From an uncultured Candidatus Saccharibacteria bacterium (lineage in GTDB: Bacteria; Patescibacteriota; WWE3; UBA101185; UBA10185): a stretch of DNA of 64,000 bases. The notes under the pieces were generated by a model. It saw only the letters and a list, made by a program, of their open reading frames with translations, did no database searches and was not told the origin of the DNA. The stretch is taken from assembly GCA_964387275.1 (NCBI GenBank), contig CAYLVW010000004.1, positions 10,525 through 74,524 on the forward strand, read 5' to 3'. The position numbers were made by a program, and so were the translations under genes. Positions 17,501 through 26,506 of this stretch are shown piece by piece (within the stretch, counting starts at the first letter, position 1; the number at the start of each line of letters is the position of its first letter).

Positions 17501-19838
17501 GAACCCCGTTTATATAAATAGATACGGTAGCAGCAGCTGAGTCATAATTCGCTTGCAGATGGTACCAAGTACCTACTTGAAGATTGGCTGCATTAGTGGT
17601 CACATAGTTTGCAGTCGAATTTATATACATTCTTATTTCATCTCCGTACAGCACTAATTTATAAGACATAACAGCAGATGTTTGTTTTGTTACCAGCGGG
17701 AAGATAGTTGCTGCTGTTGTTAGCTCCGGTTTGAACCATGTGCTGATAGACATATCCCTAGTTATAGATAAGGATGTTGAATCAGCGGCAGTTACGGATT
17801 GATTTGCAGTTCCTTGTAACCATAATGCTTGACCAAACTTACCTGGTACCCAGTTGTTTTGCGTCAAATCATGCATTGTTCCAGTATTAGAGTTTCCAGA
17901 ATGGTCACTTACAGTGCTTGTACCAGAATTTTCATCTAGCTTCCAGTATCCTACTGGGTCTGGTCCAAAATTATACAGTGATTGAATTTCATATCCTTCA
18001 AGTGCTCTACTGTACATTCTGAATTCGTCTTGGGTGAAATTACCAGCATGAGAACTGTCTCCATTGATATTTACTGCCCCACCACTGTTTAGAGTCCCTG
18101 TAAAGGAATTATTTGTTGCTATCGGTTTGCCGTCAACATAAAGGACAACCTGGTGTCCTTTTACTGTGAAAGCAACATGATACCAGCGACCGGAAACCAG
18201 GTTCATTGCGGTTTCTGCAGTTACATTACCTCCTAGATTATCATAAACTTTTATTGATGGTCCTTCTGCCCAGCCACTATAACCAAACTCAAATTGCCAT
18301 GACCCTCTATTTGCAAAGTGATACCATGCATCTGTCATTGGGTTTGTATAATTTTGGTTTGGTTTTATCCATGTTGCTACTGTCAACTCGTTTGAAATCT
18401 GATCCAGTGAACTTGAATCTGATATTACTGCTGTTTGTGTTGCAGCATTTATGCTTAGACCACTTCCATACTTCCCTATTGTCCATGTGGGGGAGCCGGT
18501 TAGTGACGCGTTGTTTCCGTTTCCTGATTGGTCAGTTACCGTGCTTCCAGACCCATCCTCGAATTTCAGATAGCTTACAAGCCCTTGTGATAAGTATGAG
18601 TTACTAGCCACAGAAGATCCGAAGTTTGTTGAGTTGGTACGTATAGCACTTCTTGATGGTATGTCATTTTTTATTTGATCTAATGTTTTTGCGAAAGGGT
18701 AGTATTTTATTTCGTCTATCCAACCATCCCAGTATCCAGAAGTTCCATCTAAATCTACGCCCACCCTTATTGTTGGTGTAGACCCACTTATGCTATTTGA
18801 AGTAATACTGGTATCTTGTGCTCCCAGCTCACCATTAACATAAACGTTAATACTACTCGTACCATTTTTAACAATTGTTAGGAAATTCCATTTGTTATTG
18901 TTATAGCTACTTGTTGTGCATGCCGAATCAAGTGGAAATGCCCCTGCTACATCATCTATTGCAAAGCAAATATTTCCCGATGAGTTCATATATACTTTGT
19001 ATCCTACCTCTGATCCTGCTGTACCACTTACTCTTGTAATTAGCATGTCAGATCCGCTTATTGCATAGACATGTTTGAACCACATTGAGATTGAGAAGCT
19101 TAGTGTACTTGGAATTAACTCAATATCTCCAGCATCATAGATTCTTGAGGCATCGCCTGTGGTTCCATTGTATCTAAGACATCTTCCTGATATACACATA
19201 TCTGATGTGTCCCATGAAGTACCCGTGAGAGTTAAAGTATTTCTGCCTGAAGTTGAGTCGTTTGCAGATGTACCTGCGCCCTCATCAAATTTCCAATAAG
19301 AGACTGGGGTTAGAGAATTTTCTTCTGTTGATGAACTATTACCTCCTGATGGAGATAGCAGTGTAACGCCTGAGACATCCTGGCTACCACTTGTAGCTGT
19401 GGGATTGCCATAGTAGAAATAAATAACATTGCTTCCATTATTTGTAGTAGGTATTACAACACTATATGCAGTAGTAGTGCTATTGCATGTACCTGTAAGT
19501 TGATATCTTAATATCGTTCCTCTTCCATCTGTAAATCTTGAATCGTCACAATCTGATTGCATCCTCAGATTTGCTATAGGGTCTTGGGTATTTAGGGTGA
19601 TGGATACCCGTCTTTCTGAAGTTATATCTGCATTATGGATAAAAGTATATTTAACTCTGTATGAATATGTGTCATCAAACCACGCTGCCTCTACCTTTTT
19701 AACAGACAGCTTAATAAATAGACCAACTGCGCCAACAAGTACCATAATTGTTAGCATCGTTATACCAAACTTTTTATATATTGATATCTTGTGTGTAGTC
19801 TTTTTTTGTTTAAAAAAAAGGTCAAAAAGTAAGGGCAT
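14592..19838 (-). CDS. giant secreted/surface protein (1748 aa) with an N-terminal membrane anchor and at least seven LamG_3 (concanavalin-A-like lectin) repeats
   Basis: N-terminal TM (ITMLTIMVLVGAVGLFIKL). Recurrent domain-end signatures are present: WYHVAFT, DEFRMYSRALEGYEIQSLY, DDVRIYNYV, DDIKIYRSALTNNEI, DDVRVYDQALTAAQINYIY and DDVRLYRYPLTAAQI. These repeats are Gly/Ser/Thr/Asn-rich. Confidence 0.8.
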   Translation of the reverse strand: MPLLFDLFFKQKKTTHKISIYKKFGITMLTIMVLVGAVGLFIKLSVKKVEAAWFDDTYSYRVKYTFIHNADITSERRVSITLNTQDPIANLRMQSDCDDSRFTDGRGTILRYQLTGTCNSTTTAYSVVIPTTNNGSNVIYFYYGNPTATSGSQDVSGVTLLSPSGGNSSSTEENSLTPVSYWKFDEGAGTSANDSTSGRNTLTLTGTSWDTSDMCISGRCLRYNGTTGDASRIYDAGDIELIPSTLSFSISMWFKHVYAISGSDMLITRVSGTAGSEVGYKVYMNSSGNICFAIDDVAGAFPLDSACTTSSYNNNKWNFLTIVKNGTSSINVYVNGELGAQDTSITSNSISGSTPTIRVGVDLDGTSGYWDGWIDEIKYYPFAKTLDQIKNDIPSRSAIRTNSTNFGSSVASNSYLSQGLVSYLKFEDGSGSTVTDQSGNGNNASLTGSPTWTIGKYGSGLSINAATQTAVISDSSSLDQISNELTVATWIKPNQNYTNPMTDAWYHFANRGSWQFEFGYSGWAEGPSIKVYDNLGGNVTAETAMNLVSGRWYHVAFTVKGHQVVLYVDGKPIATNNSFTGTLNSGGAVNINGDSSHAGNFTQDEFRMYSRALEGYEIQSLYNFGPDPVGYWKLDENSGTSTVSDHSGNSNTGTMHDLTQNNWVPGKFGQALWLQGTANQSVTAADSTSLSITRDMSISTWFKPELTTAATIFPLVTKQTSAVMSYKLVLYGDEIRMYINSTANYVTTNAANLQVGTWYHLQANYDSAAATVSIYINGVPYATTVTGTIPSSITDNTDVLSIGEAPSTGGTVNLQVNSSTDDGDQNSNANDAGRYVPGDASIIENATALAPGSHNNNDEYSAGFRFTNVTVPRGATISAATLTLRSSSGWDPGGINVSYYVSGHDTDDANTITDSPFTQNLSSVRRPRTTEYVVWDQSGTTTDVEESVSLPDVVQEIVDRSGWNSGNDMVIILDTHEDTTLGEWQEYYSYDGNASYAPKLDITYDGHDYYNGYMDDVRIYNYVRSQKQILEDMNGGHPAGGSPVDSYVARWKFDDLTGTTAQDSTLNNNDLTLSTAAWITTGKYGGAWDGDGSRWLSIADDADFDFVASDDFTITGWFNRAATSAAEVILQKFESTGGDGGYRIQMESDGDISFGIDDENTSFPEDSVTSTLATYDDGSWHHFAAVKTGTSSLRLFLDGREVGTADTSISATGTLENNDTLYIGDSNGSNGSDEFGGDLDDIKIYRSALTNNEIIIDMNYNSAASLGGVNDQSEEGFNLPDPILWHKMDDNTGTTSSDSSDNSNDGTITAATWRPGKIGSALYFDIDNVGDINISDNTGLRPTTAITTSAWVNIVNPEFWTGLPIVGKGEPGFATLNYFLYVRHDTGVYIRFGYEDAGAGDHTYSTGDLTSAFEGQWQHVAFTYTYGTASSATMYINGQRVAGSWIGGTGSSATTTSSDNVVIGGDINSEAFSGTIDDVRVYDQALTAAQINYIYSRGAPVVWYKFDECSGATAYNSVLNSNGTAMGLNGTLTPGASGNTTTGSCGSGTSTEMWNNGTTGKFNSSLDFDGTNDYVTTATTSALEFNDSFSIMGWVNPDISTGTSYYTLASKWNGTSRSTQGFQLTVGNGTTTRPQFGLGITTGYNGTTATTALSNSTWYHLAGVYNSTTSTIEIYVNGNRENSSVLGSAMGTNSTDPFRVGATSDTSAQWFSGLIDDVRLYRYPLTAAQIKTVMNGGAVRFGPQTGSP

Positions 19839-20092
19839 TATGTTGTTATTCTAATAAAATTTTGTGATTCTAACAACACATTTATCTTATATTTATAGAT
19901 GTTACTTGCTAGATTTGAAACCTAAAATCCGTTATATAGTTTAAGTCGTTTGTTGTGGGTTAACTGAGAGCGTTTTATTTAAATCTGTTTGCGTTTGTTT
20001 TTTGGGTAAAGTAAAAACAAAACTCGGAGAGTAAGCTTAGAAATATAGGCAGTATAAGATCTTTATTTAATTTTAAATATTGAAATATTTGG

Positions 20093-20283
20093 TGTAATGA
20101 GAAATTGCAACGAATGTTACTATTACCGAGCGAATGCGAGGTAATTGCAACGAATGTTACTACGAAGTAGCAACGAATGTTACTATTACCGAGCGAATGC
20201 GAGGTAATTGCAACGAATGTTACTATTTCGAGTGTAACGAGAAATTGCAACGAATGTTACTACGAAGTAGCAACGAATGTTAC
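20093..20283. repeat. tandem direct-repeat array: six copies of the 14-bp core GCAACGAATGTTAC (extended ttGCAACGAATGTTACTA) at alternating 40/23-bp spacing
   Basis: Cores at 20107, 20147, 20170, 20210, 20247 and 20270. The spacer tattaccgagcgaatgcgaggtaatt occurs twice and tacgaagta occurs twice. The array ends 12 bp before ATG 20296 of the ABC ATPase gene. The inverted half-sites GTAAC...GTTAC are present. Confidence 0.85.
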
Positions 20284-20295
20284 AATAATGTCACT

Positions 20296-21225
20296 ATGAT
20301 TGAAGTAAATAAAATAAAAAAGACATATAACACTAATATAGTTTTGGATAATATCTCCTTTAAACTAAATTCGGGAGAAGTAGTAGGACTACTTGGCCCA
20401 AATGGGGCGGGTAAAACTACAACTATGAGAATAATTTCAGGATTTATATCTCCAGATTCAGGTGATGTATTGGTAGAAGGAAAATCCGTAAGTAAGGATG
20501 CAGTTTTAGTACAGTTAGATATTGGTTACTTACCTGAAAATAACCCCCTATACAAAGATTTTTTGGTAAAAGATATGTTAGAAACTTCCTCCTTGCTTAA
20601 AGGCCTTACTGGTAAGGAAAAGGAAGAGAACATAAAATTTGCTGTTAAGGCTGTTAATATAGGTGATGTTTACTATAAGCCAGTAAAGGAATTGTCTAAA
20701 GGATACAAGCAGCGTGTGGGTATAGCTATGGCACTTTTATCTAAACCAAAGCTTCTGATTTTAGATGAGCCGACCGAAGGCTTAGATCCAAATCAAAGAG
20801 CAGAGATCAGGACTTTAATTAAAAAACTTTCAAAAGATCAAGCCATACTGTTATCCACTCACGTCATGCAGGAAGTAGAAACTATGTGCGACAGAGTAGT
20901 AGTTATTAATAAAGGTAAGATAGTTGCAGATTCAAAAACATCTGAACTTAAGAGTAAATTCAAGGTGTTGGGAGTTCTGACTGCATCAATCGAAGGGTCT
21001 GATATAGTTGAGAAAATTAAATCACTAAAACAAGTCCAAGAAGTTCAGGAGCTATCTAAGTTTTCAAATACAGTATCAATTAAAATTGTTCTGAAAGGTA
21101 CTGATAAGATTCAGCCAGAACTTTCTCGTCTTGCAAGAGAAAATAATTGGACAATTTGGAAATTAATAGAAGAATCCCAAGGATTAGAAGAACTGTTTCA
21201 TGAAATTACTACGGAGGAGAAATAA
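20296..21225 (+). CDS. ABC transporter ATP-binding protein (GldA-like)
   Basis: Canonical start MIEVNKIKKTY. Walker A GPNGAGKTT, signature LSKGYKQRV and Walker B LLILDEPT. The track ORF starting at 20134 is an in-frame read-through of the repeat array. Confidence 0.85.
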   Translation: MIEVNKIKKTYNTNIVLDNISFKLNSGEVVGLLGPNGAGKTTTMRIISGFISPDSGDVLVEGKSVSKDAVLVQLDIGYLPENNPLYKDFLVKDMLETSSLLKGLTGKEKEENIKFAVKAVNIGDVYYKPVKELSKGYKQRVGIAMALLSKPKLLILDEPTEGLDPNQRAEIRTLIKKLSKDQAILLSTHVMQEVETMCDRVVVINKGKIVADSKTSELKSKFKVLGVLTASIEGSDIVEKIKSLKQVQEVQELSKFSNTVSIKIVLKGTDKIQPELSRLARENNWTIWKLIEESQGLEELFHEITTEEK

Positions 21226-23496
21226 ATGAAAAATTTTAATTATAAAAACGTATTTTCTATAGCAAAAAAAGAACTACTATCGTATGTAAGTACGCCTTCA
21301 TACTACATAGTCTTAGTATTATTTGTTGTCTTGTGGTTTTTCTTCTTTTTTAAGAATGCTTTTTTGGTTGGAGATGCAACTCTTAGATCGCTTTTTGATA
21401 TGATGCCTTGGTTTACATTAGTTCTTGTTCCGGCTCTTACCATGGGGCTTATATCCAAGGAAAAAGACGAAGGCACATTGGAATTTCTGCTAACACATCC
21501 TCTTAGAAATGCCGAATTAGTTTTGGGTAAGTTCATAGGAGTTTGTGTTTATATTCTTCCGTCGTTATTGCTAACTGTTGTTACGGCATTCTCGTTTTCT
21601 CTATATAGTGATTTTGATTGGGGTGCATATGTTGTTCAGCTGTTTGGCGCTGTCTTATTCATGTTCTCCCTTGCTGCAATGGGACTTTTTATATCAGCCT
21701 TGTTCTCTAATCAGATCGCTTCCCTTCTAGTGACTGCTGCTGCAAGCTTTATGTTTATACTTATGGGGTCTGAGTTCTTGACCAATTCCCTACCCCTTTC
21801 ACTTACTAGGTTTGCGGGTAATTTGTCCATGTCTCAACACTTAAACTCAATGTCTAGAGGTGTTATTGAATCAAGAGATTTGGTTTATTTTATCTCGTTT
21901 ATTCTGACTTTTTTAACACTCACTTATATTAATCTTTCTCTTAGAAAAACTACTAAACGAGTGATGCCTTATTTTTCCAACGGATTATTGTTTATTGTAA
22001 TAGTTACTATTTTCACAGGAATTAATAGTTTTGGGGATATCTTACCCGGTCGTTTGGACCTTACAAGTGCTAAAACTTACACGTTATCCGAATCAACTAA
22101 AGAAGTACTAAGTCTTTTAGAGAACAATTTAGAAATTAACTACTATGTTTCTAGAGAGTTACCAGTTCAGTACACTCCTTTATCTAAGGAAATTTCCGAT
22201 TTGCTAAAGGATTATCAATTTTATTCAAGGGGTAAAGTTGTCGTAAACATAAAGGACCCTTCTTCGAAACCAGAGCTGGTCCCTGAAGCACAATCAGCAG
22301 GTGTTACTGAAGTACAGTTTAATGTTGTAGGTCAGGAGGAGTTTCAGGTTAAGAAGGGTTATTTAGGTCTTGCATTTTCCTATGGAGATAGGAAAGAAGT
22401 AATTCCTGCTGTTACTGATACAAGTGATCTTGAATATCAGTTGACTTCGCTAATACTAAAACTTTCTATCAAAGATAAAAATAATATTGTATTTTTGAGT
22501 GGTCACGATGAAAAATCTCCCTTTAGTGATTACTCGGTTTTAATAGATGACTTAGTTAAGACTAGCAACGTAGATACTATAGCCTATAATGAAAAGTCTA
22601 AGTCTTTGGAAATCCCAGAGAATACCAATTTGCTTATAATTGCAGGACCTAAGAAGGAGATTACCGAAACCGAAAGCAAGGAAATATCCTCATTTATGGC
22701 CAAAGGCGGTAATGTTTTGTTTTTGATAGATATGTTTAATATCGACACATCTATTGGGTTTGCTGAGGAGAATACAAATAGTTTCGCTCAGTTTTTGAAA
22801 GAGCTTGGTGTTAGCGTGAACAAAGACGCCCTTTATGATGTCCAATTCAATGAAACAATTAGGTTTGGTGGCGGTGGTGCTAATTACTTACTTCCCTATC
22901 CATTTTGGGCAAGAACTGGAATAACAGAGGAGGCATTTAATCTAGGTTTTGGTAAGATAAATTTTGTAAGTTTGCCTTGGACTGCTACTTTATCTTTAGA
23001 CACGCAGAAATTAAACAATGCTGGTTATACCTCGAAAGTGCTATTGGTTTCTTCAAACACAGCTGGTGTTAAGAATGACAGCTTTACTATAAGTCCTGAA
23101 AAATCAAACTTTGGGATTGATAACTTAAAGTCTAGAGAACTGGTGTATCTTTTGGAGCCACAGCAAATGAGCAAAGACACTTCAGTAGGGATTATACCTG
23201 GAAAGATAGCTGTTGTAGGCGATTCTGATTTCCTTACAGATCAGTTTGTTACTAATAATGTTGGTAATTTTTCTTTCGGTCTTGGTTTGGTTTCTAATTT
23301 GGCAGGTTCTAATTCTTTGTCTGATATTAAATCAAAATCTTCCGGAGCCAGTAAATTGCAGTTTGAAAATCAAACACAACCAGATTTCGTAAGATTTAGT
23401 AATATGACTGTGTTTGTGTTGGTTCCAGTACTTGTTGGTCTAGGTTTTTATTTTAGACGAAGGTATTTGTACGGAAGAAGTTTTGAGGGTTTGTAG
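21226..23496 (+). CDS. ABC-2 type permease fused to a GldG-like (ABC-transporter auxiliary) domain
   Basis: N-terminal ~240 aa with six TM helices (ABC-2/GldF-like). A large extracytoplasmic domain ends in a C-terminal TM (MTVFVLVPVLVGLGFYFRRRYL), as in GldG. It starts 1 bp after the ATPase stop. Confidence 0.6.
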   Translation: MKNFNYKNVFSIAKKELLSYVSTPSYYIVLVLFVVLWFFFFFKNAFLVGDATLRSLFDMMPWFTLVLVPALTMGLISKEKDEGTLEFLLTHPLRNAELVLGKFIGVCVYILPSLLLTVVTAFSFSLYSDFDWGAYVVQLFGAVLFMFSLAAMGLFISALFSNQIASLLVTAAASFMFILMGSEFLTNSLPLSLTRFAGNLSMSQHLNSMSRGVIESRDLVYFISFILTFLTLTYINLSLRKTTKRVMPYFSNGLLFIVIVTIFTGINSFGDILPGRLDLTSAKTYTLSESTKEVLSLLENNLEINYYVSRELPVQYTPLSKEISDLLKDYQFYSRGKVVVNIKDPSSKPELVPEAQSAGVTEVQFNVVGQEEFQVKKGYLGLAFSYGDRKEVIPAVTDTSDLEYQLTSLILKLSIKDKNNIVFLSGHDEKSPFSDYSVLIDDLVKTSNVDTIAYNEKSKSLEIPENTNLLIIAGPKKEITETESKEISSFMAKGGNVLFLIDMFNIDTSIGFAEENTNSFAQFLKELGVSVNKDALYDVQFNETIRFGGGGANYLLPYPFWARTGITEEAFNLGFGKINFVSLPWTATLSLDTQKLNNAGYTSKVLLVSSNTAGVKNDSFTISPEKSNFGIDNLKSRELVYLLEPQQMSKDTSVGIIPGKIAVVGDSDFLTDQFVTNNVGNFSFGLGLVSNLAGSNSLSDIKSKSSGASKLQFENQTQPDFVRFSNMTVFVLVPVLVGLGFYFRRRYLYGRSFEGL

Positions 23497-23532
23497 TTTT
23501 AGTTTTTGGTTGTGAAGATTTTTTAGGTAGAT

Positions 23533-23560
23533 GGGGGGGGCTGCTTCGCAGCCCCCCCCA
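23533..23560. terminator. perfect GC hairpin (12-bp stem, UUCG tetraloop) between convergent genes
   Basis: GGGGGGGGCTGC-ttcg-GCAGCCCCCCCC. No U-tract follows. It sits between ABC permease (+) and HAD hydrolase (-). Confidence 0.5.
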
Positions 23561-23648
23561 TTAATTACAACGCAAAACTACCACCTTGATCTACCGATAA
23601 ATCGACAGACAAGCAAGGATTAGCCTTATACTTCAAAAAAAGAGAAAA

Positions 23649-24269
23649 TTAACTCAATAAATCTAATAGCTGCTCTGGTGTATCTGCAACTCTTCCCGGA
23701 TTTAAATTTACCAAAGAATCCCTATTGTTAAATCCCCAAGAGACACTAACTACCTCAACTTTTGCTTTTCGCATTGCCTCTATATCCCTAATCTCGTCTC
23801 CTATATAAATTACTTTATCGTTTTTTAACTTCTTAGTTACCTTTTTTATACAGTCTGCTTTACCCAAAATTTTAGAACATTCTTCGACAAACTCAAATTT
23901 ATCTAACAAACCCTCCCTATCAAGAAAATTTATTATTAAGTTATGTGAATTCGATGAGAGTATTCCTAACTTGTAGTTGTTACTAAGCTTATCTATGACA
24001 TCATTCATACCTTCTTTTAATCGAATTTCTGAAATTATTTTTGTCATGTATTCTTGAATTTCAAGAGTTATACTGGGAAGTTTATGTAATGGTAGCTTTA
24101 ATTTTTTAAATAAATCTGAAGCCCCAAGTGATCTATAGGCCTGAATTTGATCGTCAGTAAGTTTAGTTTTTAATTCTCTGTCAGATATTTCTCTCAATTT
24201 ATTTATTAATAACTTCGAATCATCTGCTAAAGTTCCATCAAAATCAAAAATAACATAATCAAAAATCAT
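23649..24269 (-). CDS. HAD-superfamily hydrolase (phosphatase)
   Basis: Motif I VIFDFDGTLADD at the N-terminus. HAD motifs III/IV (KVIYIGDEIRDIEA). Confidence 0.8.
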   Translation of the reverse strand: MIFDYVIFDFDGTLADDSKLLINKLREISDRELKTKLTDDQIQAYRSLGASDLFKKLKLPLHKLPSITLEIQEYMTKIISEIRLKEGMNDVIDKLSNNYKLGILSSNSHNLIINFLDREGLLDKFEFVEECSKILGKADCIKKVTKKLKNDKVIYIGDEIRDIEAMRKAKVEVVSVSWGFNNRDSLVNLNPGRVADTPEQLLDLLS

Positions 24270-24455
24270 GTTATTAACTTTACAGTTAATTGTATTTTTT
24301 AGTCAAAGGTTTTACGAATTAAATTTGAGATGTCAGTTAACTCAGCAAATAAACAAATAGCCTTGCTACTATTAAACTTTATGAGTTTGTCGTTTTTTTG
24401 TTTGAACCCACAAAGTATCTGGTTTTTTGGAAAAATCAGCTAAAATAGTCTTACG

Positions 24456-26501
24456 ATGCTGCCCAAGCTATTTAATCCTGAAAGTATTGTAATATTAGGT
24501 GTTTCCAAAGACCCAAAGAAGGTAGGTCATATTACACTTAGAAATATTTTGACTGCCGGATACAAAGGTAAGGTAACACCTGTAAACCCATCTGGCGGTG
24601 AGATATTAGGCACCCCAGTTACTAAAAATATTGACTTAATTAAAGACACACCTGATTTATGTATCATTTCCCTTCCTGTTGCTACTGCACTAGCCGAACT
24701 TGAGAAGGCAAGCAAGAAAGGATGGAAGAACTTTGTTCTTTTTACGGCAGGATTTAAAGAATCTGGTGTTGAAGGGGCAAAACAGGAAGACCTATTAAAA
24801 TCATTAATAAACAAGTACAAAATTAATGTTTTAGGTCCTAATTGCTTTGGGTTTTTAAATACCAGTATTGGGTTAAATGCAACATTTGGCCAGAATGTTA
24901 GTACCTCTGGTAATATGAACTTTGTATCTCAATCAGGCGCTATTGCTGCCAGTATTTTTGATTGGGGTCTATATCATGGTATTGGTTTTAGTGATTTTAT
25001 TACTCTCGGGAATAAAACTACCTTAGACGAGAACGACGTTTTAGAATATTGGGCAAATGTATTTGAGGAAACCGGTAGTTATAAGCCTATTGGTATGTAT
25101 CTAGAGTCTATAAATGATGGAAGGAGATTCCTCTCTGTAATATCCAGGCTTACTCCTTACACCACGGTTTTTATAATTAAACCAGGTAAATCAGATCTTG
25201 CTAAAAAGGCTATGAAATCTCATACTGGATCTCTAGCCGGATCGGACACCGTACTTGATGCTGCTCTAAAGCAGTACGGAGTCATAAGGTGTGATTCTTT
25301 ATCTGAAATGTTTGATCTAATAATGTTACTTTCATGGTCTAATATACCTTCTAGTTGGTCAGGAGCAATTATTTCAAACGCTGGAGGACCTGCAGTAATA
25401 AGTAGTGATCTTGTCTCAGAACATGGATTAACACTAGTTGATTTTGATGATATCACTAGGGGTTTATTGCTAAAACATTTACCACCCTCAGCAAGCGTAA
25501 TAGATCCAGTTGATGTTTTAGGCGATGCATTGGCAGATAGGTACGCTCAATCTTTTGATATTATTTTAAGAAACAAGGAAGTAGATTTCTTAATTGTAAT
25601 TTTGACACCTCAGGTAATGACTCAGATAGAAGAAACTGCTCTTGCTATAAGCTTGGCTAGAAGTAAAACAAAAATCCCAATTTATGCTACTTTCATAGGT
25701 GGGAAAGAAGTACTAAAGGGTAATAAAATTCTCTCCGATAAGAAAATTCCGCATTTTAGTTTCCCGGATAATATAGTTAAATCTCTTTCAAAGCTTTTAT
25801 GGTGGAATAAAAAGCGCACATCTATAGTTCCTGTTATGCTATCTAAGTTATTTGTATCGACGGGAAATCGCAAAATACTAAAATACAATGAAACTGAGGC
25901 TTTGATTGAGCGTTATCACCTGAACTCCCCAAAGTACTTGGAGATTAAAGAAGAAAAGATGTTGCTGGAGGTACAGGAGTCTTTAGGGTACCCATGTGTT
26001 TTAAAAATATCTGATGATAATATACTTCATAAGACTGAACACAGTGGTGTTATTACAAATATTACCGATAAGACTGAATTACATAATAAATTCCGTGATT
26101 TACGAAATCTATTTCCTACTTCCTCTATCATAGCCCAAGAGCAGATAACAAGCGGGGTGGAGATTATCATAGGAGTAAAGAGAGATCCAAACTTTGGTCA
26201 TATATTAATGTTTGGAGCTGGGGGGATTCTGACTGAGCTGATTTCTGACGTGAATTTAAGGGTATTACCAATTGGGAAAGATGACTATTTTGATTATATA
26301 AGTTCATCTAAAATCTTTAAGCTGTTATCTGGGTATAGAAATCTTGAGAAAGTTAATCTTAATTCTTTGGAGAGGCTGGTAAAAGGTGTTTGTAAGATGG
26401 CTTTAGATATTCCTGAGATCGTTGAGTTTGAGATAAATCCTGTTATTGGGAATTCAAAGAAAGCATTTTCTGTTGATATTAAGTGTATTTTAGAAAACTA
26501 A
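24456..26501 (+). CDS. acetyl-CoA synthetase (ADP-forming), fused alpha/beta domains (NDP-forming acyl-CoA synthetase)
   Basis: N-terminal CoA-binding domain (IVILGVSKDPKKVGH...LGPNCFGF), succinyl-CoA-synthetase-like middle and C-terminal ATP-grasp. Confidence 0.8.
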   Translation: MLPKLFNPESIVILGVSKDPKKVGHITLRNILTAGYKGKVTPVNPSGGEILGTPVTKNIDLIKDTPDLCIISLPVATALAELEKASKKGWKNFVLFTAGFKESGVEGAKQEDLLKSLINKYKINVLGPNCFGFLNTSIGLNATFGQNVSTSGNMNFVSQSGAIAASIFDWGLYHGIGFSDFITLGNKTTLDENDVLEYWANVFEETGSYKPIGMYLESINDGRRFLSVISRLTPYTTVFIIKPGKSDLAKKAMKSHTGSLAGSDTVLDAALKQYGVIRCDSLSEMFDLIMLLSWSNIPSSWSGAIISNAGGPAVISSDLVSEHGLTLVDFDDITRGLLLKHLPPSASVIDPVDVLGDALADRYAQSFDIILRNKEVDFLIVILTPQVMTQIEETALAISLARSKTKIPIYATFIGGKEVLKGNKILSDKKIPHFSFPDNIVKSLSKLLWWNKKRTSIVPVMLSKLFVSTGNRKILKYNETEALIERYHLNSPKYLEIKEEKMLLEVQESLGYPCVLKISDDNILHKTEHSGVITNITDKTELHNKFRDLRNLFPTSSIIAQEQITSGVEIIIGVKRDPNFGHILMFGAGGILTELISDVNLRVLPIGKDDYFDYISSSKIFKLLSGYRNLEKVNLNSLERLVKGVCKMALDIPEIVEFEINPVIGNSKKAFSVDIKCILEN

Positions 26502-26506
26502 TAATA

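Noticed and set aside
15124-18607. Antisense ORFs inside the giant LamG gene (15124..15357, 15745..16062, 16094..16282, 16327..16701, 16661..16903, 18206..18607)
   Set aside because: Opposite-strand shadows of a long Ser/Thr/Gly-rich coding region. Low-complexity, with no start context.
19975-20250. Track ORFs 19975..20250 (-) and 20134..20295 (+ N-terminal extension of the ABC ATPase)
   Set aside because: Both exist only because the repeat array lacks stop codons in several frames, and their amino-acid repeats mirror the DNA repeats exactly. The ABC ATPase has a canonical start at 20296. The in-frame extension is kept only as an alternative hypothesis in the findings.
20093-20283. CRISPR array interpretation of the tandem repeats
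   Set aside because: Cores are only 14-18 bp. The 'spacers' (26, 9 and 23 bp) are themselves repeated verbatim and share the CGAATG core. No cas genes are nearby. Iteron/operator array or coding repeat is more consistent.
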